Below are positions 47,478 through 56,839 of a stretch of DNA of 64,000 nucleotides, one piece after another. The stretch is taken from positions 57,969-121,968 of the forward strand of contig CAZFOD010000001.1 of NCBI GenBank assembly GCA_964520545.1, in the 5' to 3' direction. The notes below the pieces were generated by a model. It had not been told where the DNA came from. It made no database searches and saw only the letters and a program-made list of their open reading frames with translations. The translations under genes were made by a program, and so were the position numbers. The stretch is from an uncultured Candidatus Saccharibacteria bacterium. GTDB taxonomy: Bacteria > Patescibacteriota > Minisyncoccia > Phycocordibacterales > CAIZLB01. Numbering within the stretch: position 1 is the stretch's first letter; each line of letters begins with the position of its first letter.

Positions 47478-48054
47478 GAGCCCCGGTGCACGAACGATGT
47501 CGTGCCCGGGGCTGTTAGACGCGGAGGGTGTCCCTCGGCGTCGCTATCCTTTTCTGTCGATGGGCTGCGCGTGCCCGATATCTTCGCGCATTCGCGGCGG
47601 CCTCGAAACGAATCACTGCTCGGCCGCCCGTTTTCACAAGACTAACCCACTAACATGACATTCACGGTCACAATCGCGATTGGTCGCCGAGGATCATGCC
47701 CCGGCTAACGTTTTCGCCATGCCGCAAATGAACGAAGCCCCGTTACAAGTCCGAGTGGCTAAGCTCCTCGGAGGGTGACTTCAAGCCGTTCGCGGTACGT
47801 TACTCATCTGCATCCGATGCCTGTCGGAAGGTGCACTCATTTGATAACGTCTGATTTCCCACAGATATTCGAGCAAAGGCACGCTCGTCTATCCCGACAA
47901 CTTTCTACAAGCTCTACCAGGCTCGTCATCCGTTGTCCTTGCCATCTATCATGTAGTAAAGAACCACACGCTAGGATTGGGATCCTGCGTCCGAATAGTC
48001 TGGTTGTTGACTATATTTAGCGATAACGCCCTTTCGGTCGTTCCCATCGCTCAA
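47478..48054 (-). ncRNA. Candidate novel structured ncRNA (about 575 nt, GC-rich, no ORF). Transcribed from a consensus promoter, ended by a 14-bp hairpin plus U7 terminator at 47478-47520
   Basis: A sharp GC-rich block between the AT-rich genes, with no ORF longer than 81 aa in any frame. The reverse complement of 48062-48089 reads TTGACA-16-TATAAT. The reverse complement of 47471-47515 is hairpin agccccgggcacgacatcgttcgtgcaccggggct followed by CAUUUUUUU. Confidence 0.6.
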
Positions 48055-48061
48055 TACAAGT

Positions 48062-48089
48062 ATTATAGCAGTATATGGGAAATTGTCAA
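48062..48089 (-). promoter_or_regulatory. Consensus sigma70 promoter (TTGACA-16-TATAAT) on the minus strand driving the 575-nt RNA
   Basis: + strand tgtcaa at 48084-48089 (-35) and attata at 48062-48067 (-10), when read on the - strand. Confidence 0.6.
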
Positions 48090-48127
48090 TACCTGAAAAA
48101 AGCCTTTAAATATGGTTAAATGAGAAC

Positions 48128-48757
48128 ATGCACACCAAAAAAACAGTAACTGATCATTACAAATACGAACGAACCCTTGTCATCATCAAGCCAGATGGAA
48201 TACAACGCAGTCTCATAGGAGAGATAATCGGGAGGTATGAGCGACTTGGTTTGAAACTGATTGGTCTCAAGCTCATGGTTCCAACTGAAGAGATGATAGA
48301 ACAGCACTACACTCTCGATCCTGAATGGAGAAGGGTCACGGGAGAAAAAACCATTAAGGGATATTTGGATAAGGGGCTAACTCCTCCAGTTACTGATCCT
48401 TTAGAGGTCACAACAAGATTGTTACTTCGATTGAAGAAATATATGACAGCTGGTCCTGTCATTGCTATGGTGTGGCAAGGTGCGCATGCCGTTGAGGTGG
48501 TGAGGAAGATAACAGGAGGAACTGAACCTCTTAAATCTCCAGTCGGTACAATTCGTGGCGACTATGTTTTAGATTCATATCAAATGTCAGATGTAGACCA
48601 GCGATCTGTTCGTAATTTAATTCACGCCTCAGGATCACCAAAAGAGGCTGATGATGAGATTTCACACTGGTTTAAACCGGAAGAGTTACTTGATTACAAA
48701 CTTGTGCAGGAACAAATCACATATTCAGCAAGTATTGACGGCATATTTGGGGAATAA
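48128..48757 (+). CDS. ndk: Nucleoside diphosphate kinase (long form with insertions)
   Basis: ERTLVIIKPDG, the NxxHxSD active-site region (NLIHASGS). Confidence 0.85.
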   Translation: MHTKKTVTDHYKYERTLVIIKPDGIQRSLIGEIIGRYERLGLKLIGLKLMVPTEEMIEQHYTLDPEWRRVTGEKTIKGYLDKGLTPPVTDPLEVTTRLLLRLKKYMTAGPVIAMVWQGAHAVEVVRKITGGTEPLKSPVGTIRGDYVLDSYQMSDVDQRSVRNLIHASGSPKEADDEISHWFKPEELLDYKLVQEQITYSASIDGIFGE

Positions 48758-49025
48758 GAAAGAATCCATTAATATCGAACTGCAATATTGAAACTTGGTG
48801 TTGTAAAGATTGCAACGCAAAATGAAAGTAGCATAATGAGCACAGGGTTACTGGATATGTTAGCTTAGATTATTTTCAAAACAGGGAGGTCGAGTAGGTT
48901 ACAGCTTTGAGCTCTATCCTCAGACCACCCACCTAGATCACACTAGGTCTAACAATCACGGTAATCCTCGCGGAAACACCCGATGTCGAAAGGCACCGGG
49001 TGTTTGCGCGTCTGGATATTCATTT

Positions 49026-49056
49026 TTTTGTCGGAGGTTCTGGTGTGGGGTATAAT
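49026..49056 (+). promoter_or_regulatory. Sigma70-like promoter TTGTCG-17-TATAAT
   Basis: -35 at 49026, -10 TATAAT at about 49049-49054, upstream of the VanZ-like gene. Confidence 0.5.
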
Positions 49057-49064
49057 TCAACGAT

Positions 49065-49481
49065 ATGTCACTACGTTCTAGATTTATCGCTGTCATAATT
49101 CTCATCATCATCCTTTTTTCGGTTGATATGATTGCCATAAAATTCTACCTTTACTGGTCATATGGATGGTTCGATAAATTTATGCATATCTTTGGGGGGT
49201 TCCTTGCTGGTAATATGGTTCTCATTGGTCGGCAGACAATGTTGCAGCGAAGGTCTAAAGCTCCAATGTCGAATTCTTCAGTCTTTTCCGTTGTGCTCTT
49301 TGGAGGACTTTTGGTGGGCATTTTGTGGGAGGCAATAGAGTTTTCATTTGGTATTTCAAAGCTTGGTCCGAATTTTGTTCCTGACACGATCATCGATCTC
49401 TCAATGGATCTCATAGGAATACTGATTGCATACATGACTTGGATAAAGATACCGCATAAAAATATAACAACACAAATATAA
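49065..49481 (+). CDS. VanZ-like family membrane protein
   Basis: DKFMHIFGGFLAG motif and 4 TM helices. Confidence 0.5.
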   Translation: MSLRSRFIAVIILIIILFSVDMIAIKFYLYWSYGWFDKFMHIFGGFLAGNMVLIGRQTMLQRRSKAPMSNSSVFSVVLFGGLLVGILWEAIEFSFGISKLGPNFVPDTIIDLSMDLIGILIAYMTWIKIPHKNITTQI

Positions 49482-50926
49482 TGATTGATAACTCTGAAGC
49501 AATACAGAAGGATGGGAAGTTGAGACTTACATTCTGCGGGGGAGTAGGTTCCGTTACCGGAGCTAATTTTCTTCTTGAAGGCCCACACCAAGGTGGTGGT
49601 GTATTTAAAATTCTTGTTGATTGCGGTATGGAACAGGGAAATCCTACTGCTGATCAGTCGAACCATGCTCCGTTTGCATACGATCCCAAAACCGCTGACG
49701 TTTTGCTCATCACTCACGCTCACATGGATCATATCGGTAGGATAGGAAAGATATTGCATGATGGTTTTGTTGGAACAATATATTCAACACCTGAGACTCG
49801 AGAGCTCTCCACTCTCATGCTTGAAGATGCATTGAAATTAGCGACACAGGAAGCTGAGCAAAAAAAGATACCTGCAATGTTTACTGAGTCGGATATAAAG
49901 AAAGCATTCTCACTTTGGAAAACAATTCCATATCACACACCAACTATTCTTTCTCCAGGCTTCGAGGTGAATTTGAAAGACGCGGGACATGTGCTCGGCT
50001 CAACAATGTACGAATTGACCTACACTGCTCCAGAAGGAATTACCGACAAGAATGGTAAACCATACAAAAGAAAGATTGTTTTCACGGGGGATTTGGGTAA
50101 TAGTCCAACGCCACTTTTGAAGGATACTGAGGCCATTACAGACGCCGACTACCTACTCATGGAAAGCGTCTACGGAGACAGAAACCATGAAGATAGGGAA
50201 TTACGCCTCCAGAAGCTAGAACAGGCCATAGAGGCCAATATAGCTCGAAATGGGACCCTTCTCATACCATGCTTCTCCCTCGAAAAGACCCAGGAATTGC
50301 TCTATGAAATCCACAAGCTCTTTGACGAAAAGAAGCTCAGCCGAAGTCCTGTATATCTCGACTCTCCACTGGCTATTAAACTCACTGCCATGTACCAGAA
50401 GTTGAGGGGGCAGTTTAACGACGATGCTAAATCTGACCTTGCTCGAGGCCACGATATTTTCAATTTCCCAGGGCTTAAGATTGTAGAGAGTGCTGATGAG
50501 TCTAAATCCATAAAGTACGCACCAGCTCCAAAGATCATTCTTGCAGGATCAGGAATGTCTAACGGTGGGCGTATTCAACACCATGAACTTAATTACCTTA
50601 GTGATCCAAATACTACACTCCTTCTCATCGGATATCAGGCCGTGGGAACTTTAGGACGCCAGATTCAAGATGGATCTAAGAAGGTTGTCATCTACGGACA
50701 TGAGGTGACAGTAAACGCAGCAATTGATCATATTGATGGATATTCATCTCATAAAGATTCAGATCACCTCGTCGAATTCGTTGAGCACTGTGCTGAAAAA
50801 GTTAGACAAGTATTTGTCGTTATGGGAGAGACAAAGTCATCTCTTTTCCTAGTACAGAGACTTCGTGACTATCTTGGGGTTAACGCTAGTCATCCTAATG
50901 AAGGCGACACGGTAACGCTTGAGTAA
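49481..50926 (+). CDS. MBL-fold beta-CASP ribonuclease (RNase J / CPSF73-like)
   Basis: MBL motifs (LVDCGM, HAHMDHIG) and beta-CASP motifs downstream. 481 aa. Confidence 0.7.
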   Translation: MIDNSEAIQKDGKLRLTFCGGVGSVTGANFLLEGPHQGGGVFKILVDCGMEQGNPTADQSNHAPFAYDPKTADVLLITHAHMDHIGRIGKILHDGFVGTIYSTPETRELSTLMLEDALKLATQEAEQKKIPAMFTESDIKKAFSLWKTIPYHTPTILSPGFEVNLKDAGHVLGSTMYELTYTAPEGITDKNGKPYKRKIVFTGDLGNSPTPLLKDTEAITDADYLLMESVYGDRNHEDRELRLQKLEQAIEANIARNGTLLIPCFSLEKTQELLYEIHKLFDEKKLSRSPVYLDSPLAIKLTAMYQKLRGQFNDDAKSDLARGHDIFNFPGLKIVESADESKSIKYAPAPKIILAGSGMSNGGRIQHHELNYLSDPNTTLLLIGYQAVGTLGRQIQDGSKKVVIYGHEVTVNAAIDHIDGYSSHKDSDHLVEFVEHCAEKVRQVFVVMGETKSSLFLVQRLRDYLGVNASHPNEGDTVTLE

Positions 50927-50928
50927 TT

Positions 50929-51636
50929 TTGATTGGGTGCTATGGTACAACCATGAGTTCGATACACAAATTTATTTCCATTTCAAAAGAGGTGGCGGCA
51001 TATATTAACGGTCTCTTAGATCGAAGTGAGAGTGCGAATATGAAAATGACAAGGGAAGACACCGAAGCCTTTGATCACGGAGAGATGCAAGCACCTGTAA
51101 GTCAGTTACGAGTGATTGTTTCCATTATGCACATGATTGGCGCACGTAAGGTTTTAGAAATAGGTACGTTTCGCGGTATGACAGCGGCGCGATTGGCACA
51201 AGCATTTCCGAAAGATATCATTGGGGCAAAGGTGGTTACCCTTGAGAAGGATCTTCGATCTGTCGATGAGCTTAAGCAACGTTGGGCAGACCTAGATGTA
51301 TCTGACAGAATTGAACTTCGAAGTGGTACTGCGACGGATTTGTTGGACAAGCTATCATCGGAAGTTTTGACCGACGGGTATTTTGATTTAGCCTTCATTG
51401 ATGCTGATAAGGAAAACTACCGTACATATGTTGAAAAGACTTTACCCCTGATGAGATCGAGAGGAGTAATACTAGTAGACAACACTCTTTGGGGAGGCGA
51501 CGTTGCTAATGCTAGTGCAGACTCTAACATCACAAAGAACATCCAGAATTTTAATACATGGGTCTTTGATAAGTTTGGTGTAAAAGCAAGTATTGTTCCA
51601 GCTTGGGACGGGATGACAATTATCGTTAAGGAATAG
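50929..51636 (+). CDS. Class I SAM-dependent O-methyltransferase (family 3, caffeoyl-CoA OMT-like)
   Basis: VLEIGTFRGMTA SAM motif and DLAFIDADKENY. Confidence 0.7.
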   Translation: MIGCYGTTMSSIHKFISISKEVAAYINGLLDRSESANMKMTREDTEAFDHGEMQAPVSQLRVIVSIMHMIGARKVLEIGTFRGMTAARLAQAFPKDIIGAKVVTLEKDLRSVDELKQRWADLDVSDRIELRSGTATDLLDKLSSEVLTDGYFDLAFIDADKENYRTYVEKTLPLMRSRGVILVDNTLWGGDVANASADSNITKNIQNFNTWVFDKFGVKASIVPAWDGMTIIVKE

Positions 51637-51749
51637 GTGATTTAAACAATATAACAATGAAGATAACGGAACCATTTAAAGCTGAACCAGAATATGAAGA
51701 CGGTACTCTTATAGAGTTTATGGTTTAGACAAAAACTTAACGGATAAAA

Positions 51750-51941
51750 TTAATAAAATATTCCGTAACAGATAAACAATGACGTGTCCGTAAAATCTTC
51801 AATCCGCATAAATCCAAGACATTCTGGAGGGCGACCAGTTGATACCGGAAACCCAATGGTTTGGTCAGTCTTCGGATAAAAGAAAAATATGCCACCAATG
51901 ACGATCAAAATTATAATGAGAGTTTTTAAGGATTTTTTCAT
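51750..51941 (-). CDS. Small hypothetical membrane protein (63 aa)
   Basis: ORF track only. One TM helix. Confidence 0.25.
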   Translation of the reverse strand: MKKSLKTLIIILIVIGGIFFFYPKTDQTIGFPVSTGRPPECLGFMRIEDFTDTSLFICYGIFY

Positions 51942-52052
51942 TGATTAATTTTAGCTTATCATTGGGAGACTGTCATTTATGAGGATGGTGGTGTCATAGA
52001 GTTTAGAATATTCCACAGGGGGAATGACTCCTCGCGTGATATAATTTGGGCT

Positions 52053-53030
52053 ATGAATATTTACGTTACCCGTCAGATTCCGCAGATCGGCATCGACATG
52101 TTAAAAGCGAAAGGATATACAGTTGTAGTTGGTGATGATAGGGAACCCCCATCAAAAAGGCGTCTTAAGAAGATGGTTTCAAAAAACAAGTACGATGCAG
52201 TTCTTACTCTCCTTACAGACCATATTGATGGGGAATTTTTTGATGTAGCGGGCTCACAGCTTAAGGTGGTTTCAAACTATGCTGTAGGATATGACAACTT
52301 TAACTTGAAGGATGCAGCTGATAGGGGAATTACACTAACAAACACAGTTGGTATTTCAAGTGATTGTGTTGCAGAGCATACTGTTGCCCTCATGCTCGCT
52401 CTCACGACACGTATCATTGAAGCAGACAGCTTTGTTAAAAGAGGAAAGTATAAGGGTTGGGACCCAATGATTTTCATCGGCACAGACCTGTGTGGTAAAA
52501 CCATTGGTCTCATTGGTGCGGGACACATTGGTGCACGAGTAGCAATGCATCTTGTGAAAGGATTTGAAGCTAAGGTCATTTACTACGATATTAAAAGAAA
52601 TGCTGATCTTGAGGCACAGGGAGCGCAATTCGTTGAAAAGCTTGAAGATGTATTGGTGCAGTCAGACATTGTGAGTCTTCACGTACCACTTCTTCCTTCA
52701 ACTCATCACCTGATAAACGAGGAACGATTAAAGATGATGAAGCCAACAGCATTCCTGATTAATACTTCTCGGGGCCCTGTCGTAGACGAAAAGGCACTTG
52801 TTGTCGCTCTCCAAAAAGGCGTCATCAAAGGAGCAGGCCTCGATGTATATGAAGACGAACCAAATCTTGCACGAGGATTAGTGAAGCTTCCAAATGTGGT
52901 TCTCACGCCACATATCGCTTCGGCGAGGGAAAGTGCTCGAAATCAAATGGCGGTAGTGGCTGCGCAGAATATAATTGACGTGCTGGAGGGTAATGAACCT
53001 AAGGGGAAAATAAAGACCGTGATATCATAA
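52053..53030 (+). CDS. D-isomer-specific 2-hydroxyacid dehydrogenase (GhrB / PGDH-like)
   Basis: NAD-binding GLIGAGHIGARVA and the catalytic R/E/H triad region. Confidence 0.8.
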   Translation: MNIYVTRQIPQIGIDMLKAKGYTVVVGDDREPPSKRRLKKMVSKNKYDAVLTLLTDHIDGEFFDVAGSQLKVVSNYAVGYDNFNLKDAADRGITLTNTVGISSDCVAEHTVALMLALTTRIIEADSFVKRGKYKGWDPMIFIGTDLCGKTIGLIGAGHIGARVAMHLVKGFEAKVIYYDIKRNADLEAQGAQFVEKLEDVLVQSDIVSLHVPLLPSTHHLINEERLKMMKPTAFLINTSRGPVVDEKALVVALQKGVIKGAGLDVYEDEPNLARGLVKLPNVVLTPHIASARESARNQMAVVAAQNIIDVLEGNEPKGKIKTVIS

Positions 53031-53034
53031 ACAA

Positions 53035-53700
53035 ATGCCAAAGTTCAATTTACATAATAACGATAAGCACAATCATCTCGTTCACAAGATTGGGGTTTCT
53101 GGTGCAGCAGATGTTGCTTTTCTCGGGCCTGAAGCATTAGAAATCGCGAAGGAGCTTGGAAGAGAAATTGCGAGACAAGATGTTGTGATGCTCTCAGGTG
53201 CGACAACAGGTTTTCCATATTGGGCAGCTGTTGGTTGCAAAGAGGAACACGGAATCTCCATTGGCTTTTCACCTGCAGAAGGTCCAAGAGAACATCAGGA
53301 AGTATATCGACTTCCTGTCGACTATATGGATCTCATCATTTATACAGGATTTGGATACAACGGACGAGACCTTCTTTTCACTCGCTCTACTGATGCTGTA
53401 GTCATTGGTCCTGGAAGAATTGGCACCATTCATGAATTTACCATTGCATACGAAGACGGTAAGCCAATAGGTATTTTGGAAGGAGAGGGTAAATGGCAGA
53501 CAGATGAAGTAATTAAGAACATCCTTGAAAAGAGTCATCGAATTAATCCTAAGATTGTGTTTGATAAGGATCCAAAGGCTCTCATTGCTAAACTGAAATT
53601 GATGATAGACGCAGACAAAAATATGCTCAGGTCATATGAAAGTGCTGCGGAGCCGACTGGTATTGATGCTCCGATAAAGAACAGGGAACGGATCATGTAG
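53035..53700 (+). CDS. LOG/SLOG-family Rossmann protein (TIGR00725-like)
   Basis: IGVSGAAD...VMLSGATTGFPYWAAVG pattern. Confidence 0.55.
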   Translation: MPKFNLHNNDKHNHLVHKIGVSGAADVAFLGPEALEIAKELGREIARQDVVMLSGATTGFPYWAAVGCKEEHGISIGFSPAEGPREHQEVYRLPVDYMDLIIYTGFGYNGRDLLFTRSTDAVVIGPGRIGTIHEFTIAYEDGKPIGILEGEGKWQTDEVIKNILEKSHRINPKIVFDKDPKALIAKLKLMIDADKNMLRSYESAAEPTGIDAPIKNRERIM

Positions 53701-53709
53701 TTAAAACAA

Positions 53710-53740
53710 AAACACCCAGCATGTGCTGGGTGTTTTTGTT
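53710..53740. terminator. Bidirectional rho-independent terminator (acacccagc-atgt-gctgggtgt)
   Basis: 9-bp stem flanked by an A-run and a T-run. Confidence 0.75.
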
Positions 53741-53747
53741 AGGTGAT

Positions 53748-54092
53748 TTACATTACCTGCTTAACGAGTCTTTCGAATGAAGCCGGAACATTCATCGCAA
53801 GGTCTGCGAGAATCTTTCGGTCTACTTCGATATTCTTTTTCTTAAGAGCGCCGATGAAGGTGCTGTAAGTTGCTCCGAGAGGGCGGAGTGCTGCGTTGAT
53901 TCGAACATTCCAGAGTCTTCGGAAGTCTCCTTTCTTATCTCGTCGATGAGAAAATGCTGCTGCATATGAATGAACGAGCTGTTCGTATGCCAATCGCTCC
54001 TTATTCTTTCGTCCGTTTCTGAAACCTTTAGCCTGTTTGAGAATGTTTCGTCGGGTCTTTGCCGCATGAACACCTTTTTTTACTCGTACCAT
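53748..54092 (-). CDS. rplT: 50S ribosomal protein L20
   Basis: L20 signature. Confidence 0.93.
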   Translation of the reverse strand: MVRVKKGVHAAKTRRNILKQAKGFRNGRKNKERLAYEQLVHSYAAAFSHRRDKKGDFRRLWNVRINAALRPLGATYSTFIGALKKKNIEVDRKILADLAMNVPASFERLVKQVM

Positions 54093-54124
54093 AGTAGTTA
54101 AATATTAGAAGATAGTAAGGAGGA

Positions 54125-54316
54125 CTAGATAGAAGAATTAGACAAGAATCGAGACTTGTCTTTATTCGTCATGTGGAATGCAGTTGTTCGAGCCTTACCA
54201 AGCTGCTTTCGACCACTTTCCTTTGAGTTAAAGTGGTTCTGACCGGCCTTGCGAGAGATGATCTTACCGTTTTTGGTGACCTTCAATCGCTTGCTGAATG
54301 ATTTGTTGGTTTTCAT
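54125..54316 (-). CDS. rpmI: 50S ribosomal protein L35
   Basis: Small basic protein with the L35 pattern, between infC and rplT. Confidence 0.8.
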   Translation of the reverse strand: MKTNKSFSKRLKVTKNGKIISRKAGQNHFNSKESGRKQLGKARTTAFHMTNKDKSRFLSNSSI

Positions 54317-54407
54317 GTGTTTACGCGAGGCGTCGTCTCTTTAGGACGAACTTACGCATCTGCCTTGTTGTTTAACTTATAAATTCGAATCTCCAGAAAA
54401 GGGTGGT

Positions 54408-54920
54408 TTACGCCTTTTCTATAAGAATAGTCATGCCTTTTGGACTTTTGACTGCTGGGCCAGCTACATTGTAGTCGACCGTAAGCAGTTTAAGGAGGCG
54501 GTCCATTCTCTCTCTGAGGAACTTCTCATCGAGATACTTGGTTCGGCCGGGGAGGAAAAGGTCCATCTTGATTCGATGGCCTTCCGTGAGCCACTCTGAG
54601 GCCTTTTTAGCCTTGAGAGTGAGATCGTGCTCGCCGGTACCGATTTTGACCTGGAGACTCTTGACTTCAACAACCTTCGCTTTAGCTTTCGAAGCCTTTA
54701 GCTTCTTGTTTTCGTCGTATTGGAATTTACCATAATCCATGATTTTTGCAACCGGTGGATTGGCTTTTGGAGAGATTTCGATTAGATCAAGACCAGCGTC
54801 CCGAGCCCTAGATAGAGCCTCGGAAATGCTGATAACCCCGATGTTTTCGCCCTCTGCTCCGATAACTCGGACTTCTGGGACCCTGATTTGATGATTGATG
54901 CGTACTGAAGGAATCGACAA
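54408..54920 (-). CDS. infC: Translation initiation factor IF-3 (non-ATG start, TTG)
   Basis: RINHQIRVPEVRVIGAEGE...LDLIEISP matches IF-3. The start codon reads TTG. Confidence 0.85.
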   Translation of the reverse strand: MSIPSVRINHQIRVPEVRVIGAEGENIGVISISEALSRARDAGLDLIEISPKANPPVAKIMDYGKFQYDENKKLKASKAKAKVVEVKSLQVKIGTGEHDLTLKAKKASEWLTEGHRIKMDLFLPGRTKYLDEKFLRERMDRLLKLLTVDYNVAGPAVKSPKGMTILIEKA

Positions 54921-54985
54921 TGTGGTGTGATTTAGTAAGGGTAATATAGCACAAAAGTAAAGAATATCAAAGGAAAGAGGGGAAT

Positions 54986-55013
54986 TTTGTCTGATAAATT
55001 GACTTATCGATGA
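54986..55013 (+). promoter_or_regulatory. Sigma70-like promoter TTGACT-16-TATAGT
   Basis: Upstream of the 55080 gene, whose RBS is AAAGGAG plus a TTG start. Confidence 0.5.
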
Positions 55014-55079
55014 AAGGTTGTATAGTTTTTCTCAGACGCGGGATTACCTCGCCTCATAACCTTAACAAAGGAGTCCTTA

Positions 55080-55610
55080 TTGAAAATTCTCTATGCTCTT
55101 GATCGGTGGGTGCTCGAACGAGTGTTTGAGCGCTTTTCTCGCTGGTTCCAGCGAATGACTGGTAAAAACTGTTTTTGGCTCGCGAGGCTGACCTGCCTCA
55201 TTATCTTGGCTGGAATAATTTGCGAGATCGTACTCCAGCCATTTTGGGCTGAAAGTATTCCCAGAATCTTGGTTATCTTTACGCAAGGAGTTTTTTACAA
55301 GGTAACGATACCAATTATCGAGGAGCAGGTTACATCCTCGTTACGAAGGTCACTGCGCAATCACAGGGTTAAAACTTTGCGAAAGCAGAGGATTGGCGCC
55401 CTGGTCCTATTCATGGTAGTGATGGAGGAAGTTTCTCGATCTGGTTTTGTCGATCTTGGTATCTTGTGTCTCGCGCCTTGTTACCTGGCGCAGTTCTATT
55501 TTATCTGCTGCACGCCGCTTCCTCCTGGAATGAGTAAGATTCGCCAGGGCGTTCAACGTTTAAGGGAATTGTTTATCTCTCAGCCGGAGAGTCTTCCTGC
55601 ACCTGCTTAA
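55080..55610 (+). CDS. Hypothetical membrane protein (176 aa, TTG start)
   Basis: Good SD. Hydrophobic segments. Confidence 0.45.
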   Translation: MKILYALDRWVLERVFERFSRWFQRMTGKNCFWLARLTCLIILAGIICEIVLQPFWAESIPRILVIFTQGVFYKVTIPIIEEQVTSSLRRSLRNHRVKTLRKQRIGALVLFMVVMEEVSRSGFVDLGILCLAPCYLAQFYFICCTPLPPGMSKIRQGVQRLRELFISQPESLPAPA

Positions 55611-55688
55611 CCAAGAGTTTGCCTTTCTGTCGATTGAAAGGCCACGCACCCGCGTCATTGTTTTGACGGCGGGTGTTTAGTTTATATA

Positions 55689-56786
55689 TTACAAAAACTT
55701 TCTAATTGGCCATACCAGTATCTCAAGGAATTGTGAGAAGTATGATCGTCGTTGCCACATTTCAAGTGTCAGTTCGTCTGCATGTTGTAAATCGTTGGTG
55801 AAATGGCCGCCAATCTCTGTAGCAAAGTGGTGGTTTAGCGCGACAATGCCGGACTCGAAGTTATATCTCAAGCTAATGTTGTCGAGGTTTAGTGTTCCTA
55901 CCATCGCCCAATCACCATCTATGACAGCGGTCTTTGTATGAATCATATCTCTGTAACGATGTATGCGAATGCCGCTAGAGAGAACTTTGTGAAAATATGT
56001 ATGAGAACCCCTGTCGACTACAGGATGGTCGGAATTGTTTGGAATTAGAATACGAACATTAACTCCTCGTTTACGTGCAAGAATTAATACACGAAGTAGT
56101 CGGTTATCCGGAAGGAAATATGGAGTGGTGAGGTACACATATCTTTGTGACTGACGAATTGCTTCTATGAGTCTTCGATACAGATATCTTTGGCGGGGAA
56201 GTGGAGCTTGTGTCAGGAAACTAAATCCCTCAAGATTTATTTTCGCCCTATCTCCCATGCGTAGAGTTTTCTTGTGAGCCTGTCTCCACATTCTTTCAAA
56301 CGGTGCTTGTGCTTGAGTTATTATATCGCCAGTCATTTCAATGGTTGTTTCCCTCCAATATTTCATTGGATCTCCGATGCACACTCCACCGGTGAAAAAT
56401 ATTTTCTTGTCGATGATGAGTGTCCGTCTGTGATCTCGGAAATACCACGTACGTTTGTTTCCTCTAGAGAAAGGGAATATCCAATTGAAGAAATGCACTT
56501 CGATACCTGCTCGTTCCATTGCTTCAAGGTACATAGATTGTCCTAACCCTACACTCCCCATTGCATCAACAAGAAGCCTTACTTTTACCCCTGCTTGCGC
56601 TCTCTGTATTAATGCTTCGATAAATTGCCTTCCAATATTGTCTGGTGCAATGTTGAATTGCTCGAAGTCGATTGTTTTTTCAGCCTTGAGAATGGAAGAG
56701 AGCATAGCCTCCCACGCATGGTGGGTGGTTGTGTAGAATTTCCACGTTGTTGGATTCTCTATATCGTTCATTGTATTAGTGTACAA
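55689..56786 (-). CDS. cls: Cardiolipin synthase / phospholipase D family (two HKD motifs)
   Basis: HRRTLIIDKK and HTKTAVIDGDWAMVGTLNLD. Confidence 0.8.
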   Translation of the reverse strand: MYTNTMNDIENPTTWKFYTTTHHAWEAMLSSILKAEKTIDFEQFNIAPDNIGRQFIEALIQRAQAGVKVRLLVDAMGSVGLGQSMYLEAMERAGIEVHFFNWIFPFSRGNKRTWYFRDHRRTLIIDKKIFFTGGVCIGDPMKYWRETTIEMTGDIITQAQAPFERMWRQAHKKTLRMGDRAKINLEGFSFLTQAPLPRQRYLYRRLIEAIRQSQRYVYLTTPYFLPDNRLLRVLILARKRGVNVRILIPNNSDHPVVDRGSHTYFHKVLSSGIRIHRYRDMIHTKTAVIDGDWAMVGTLNLDNISLRYNFESGIVALNHHFATEIGGHFTNDLQHADELTLEMWQRRSYFSQFLEILVWPIRKFL

Positions 56787-56839
56787 GAAATGCTCTTTAA
56801 GGCCACTGACTTTTTGATAAATCAGATATATCGTATAAT

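Noticed and set aside
47478-48054. RNase P RNA assignment for the 575-nt RNA (partial matches AAGUCCGAG and ACAGAUAUUCGAGCAAAGG on the + strand)
   Set aside because: The matches are on the strand opposite to the promoter/terminator evidence. The 3' P4 strand (ACAGAA..GGCUUA) is absent on both strands.
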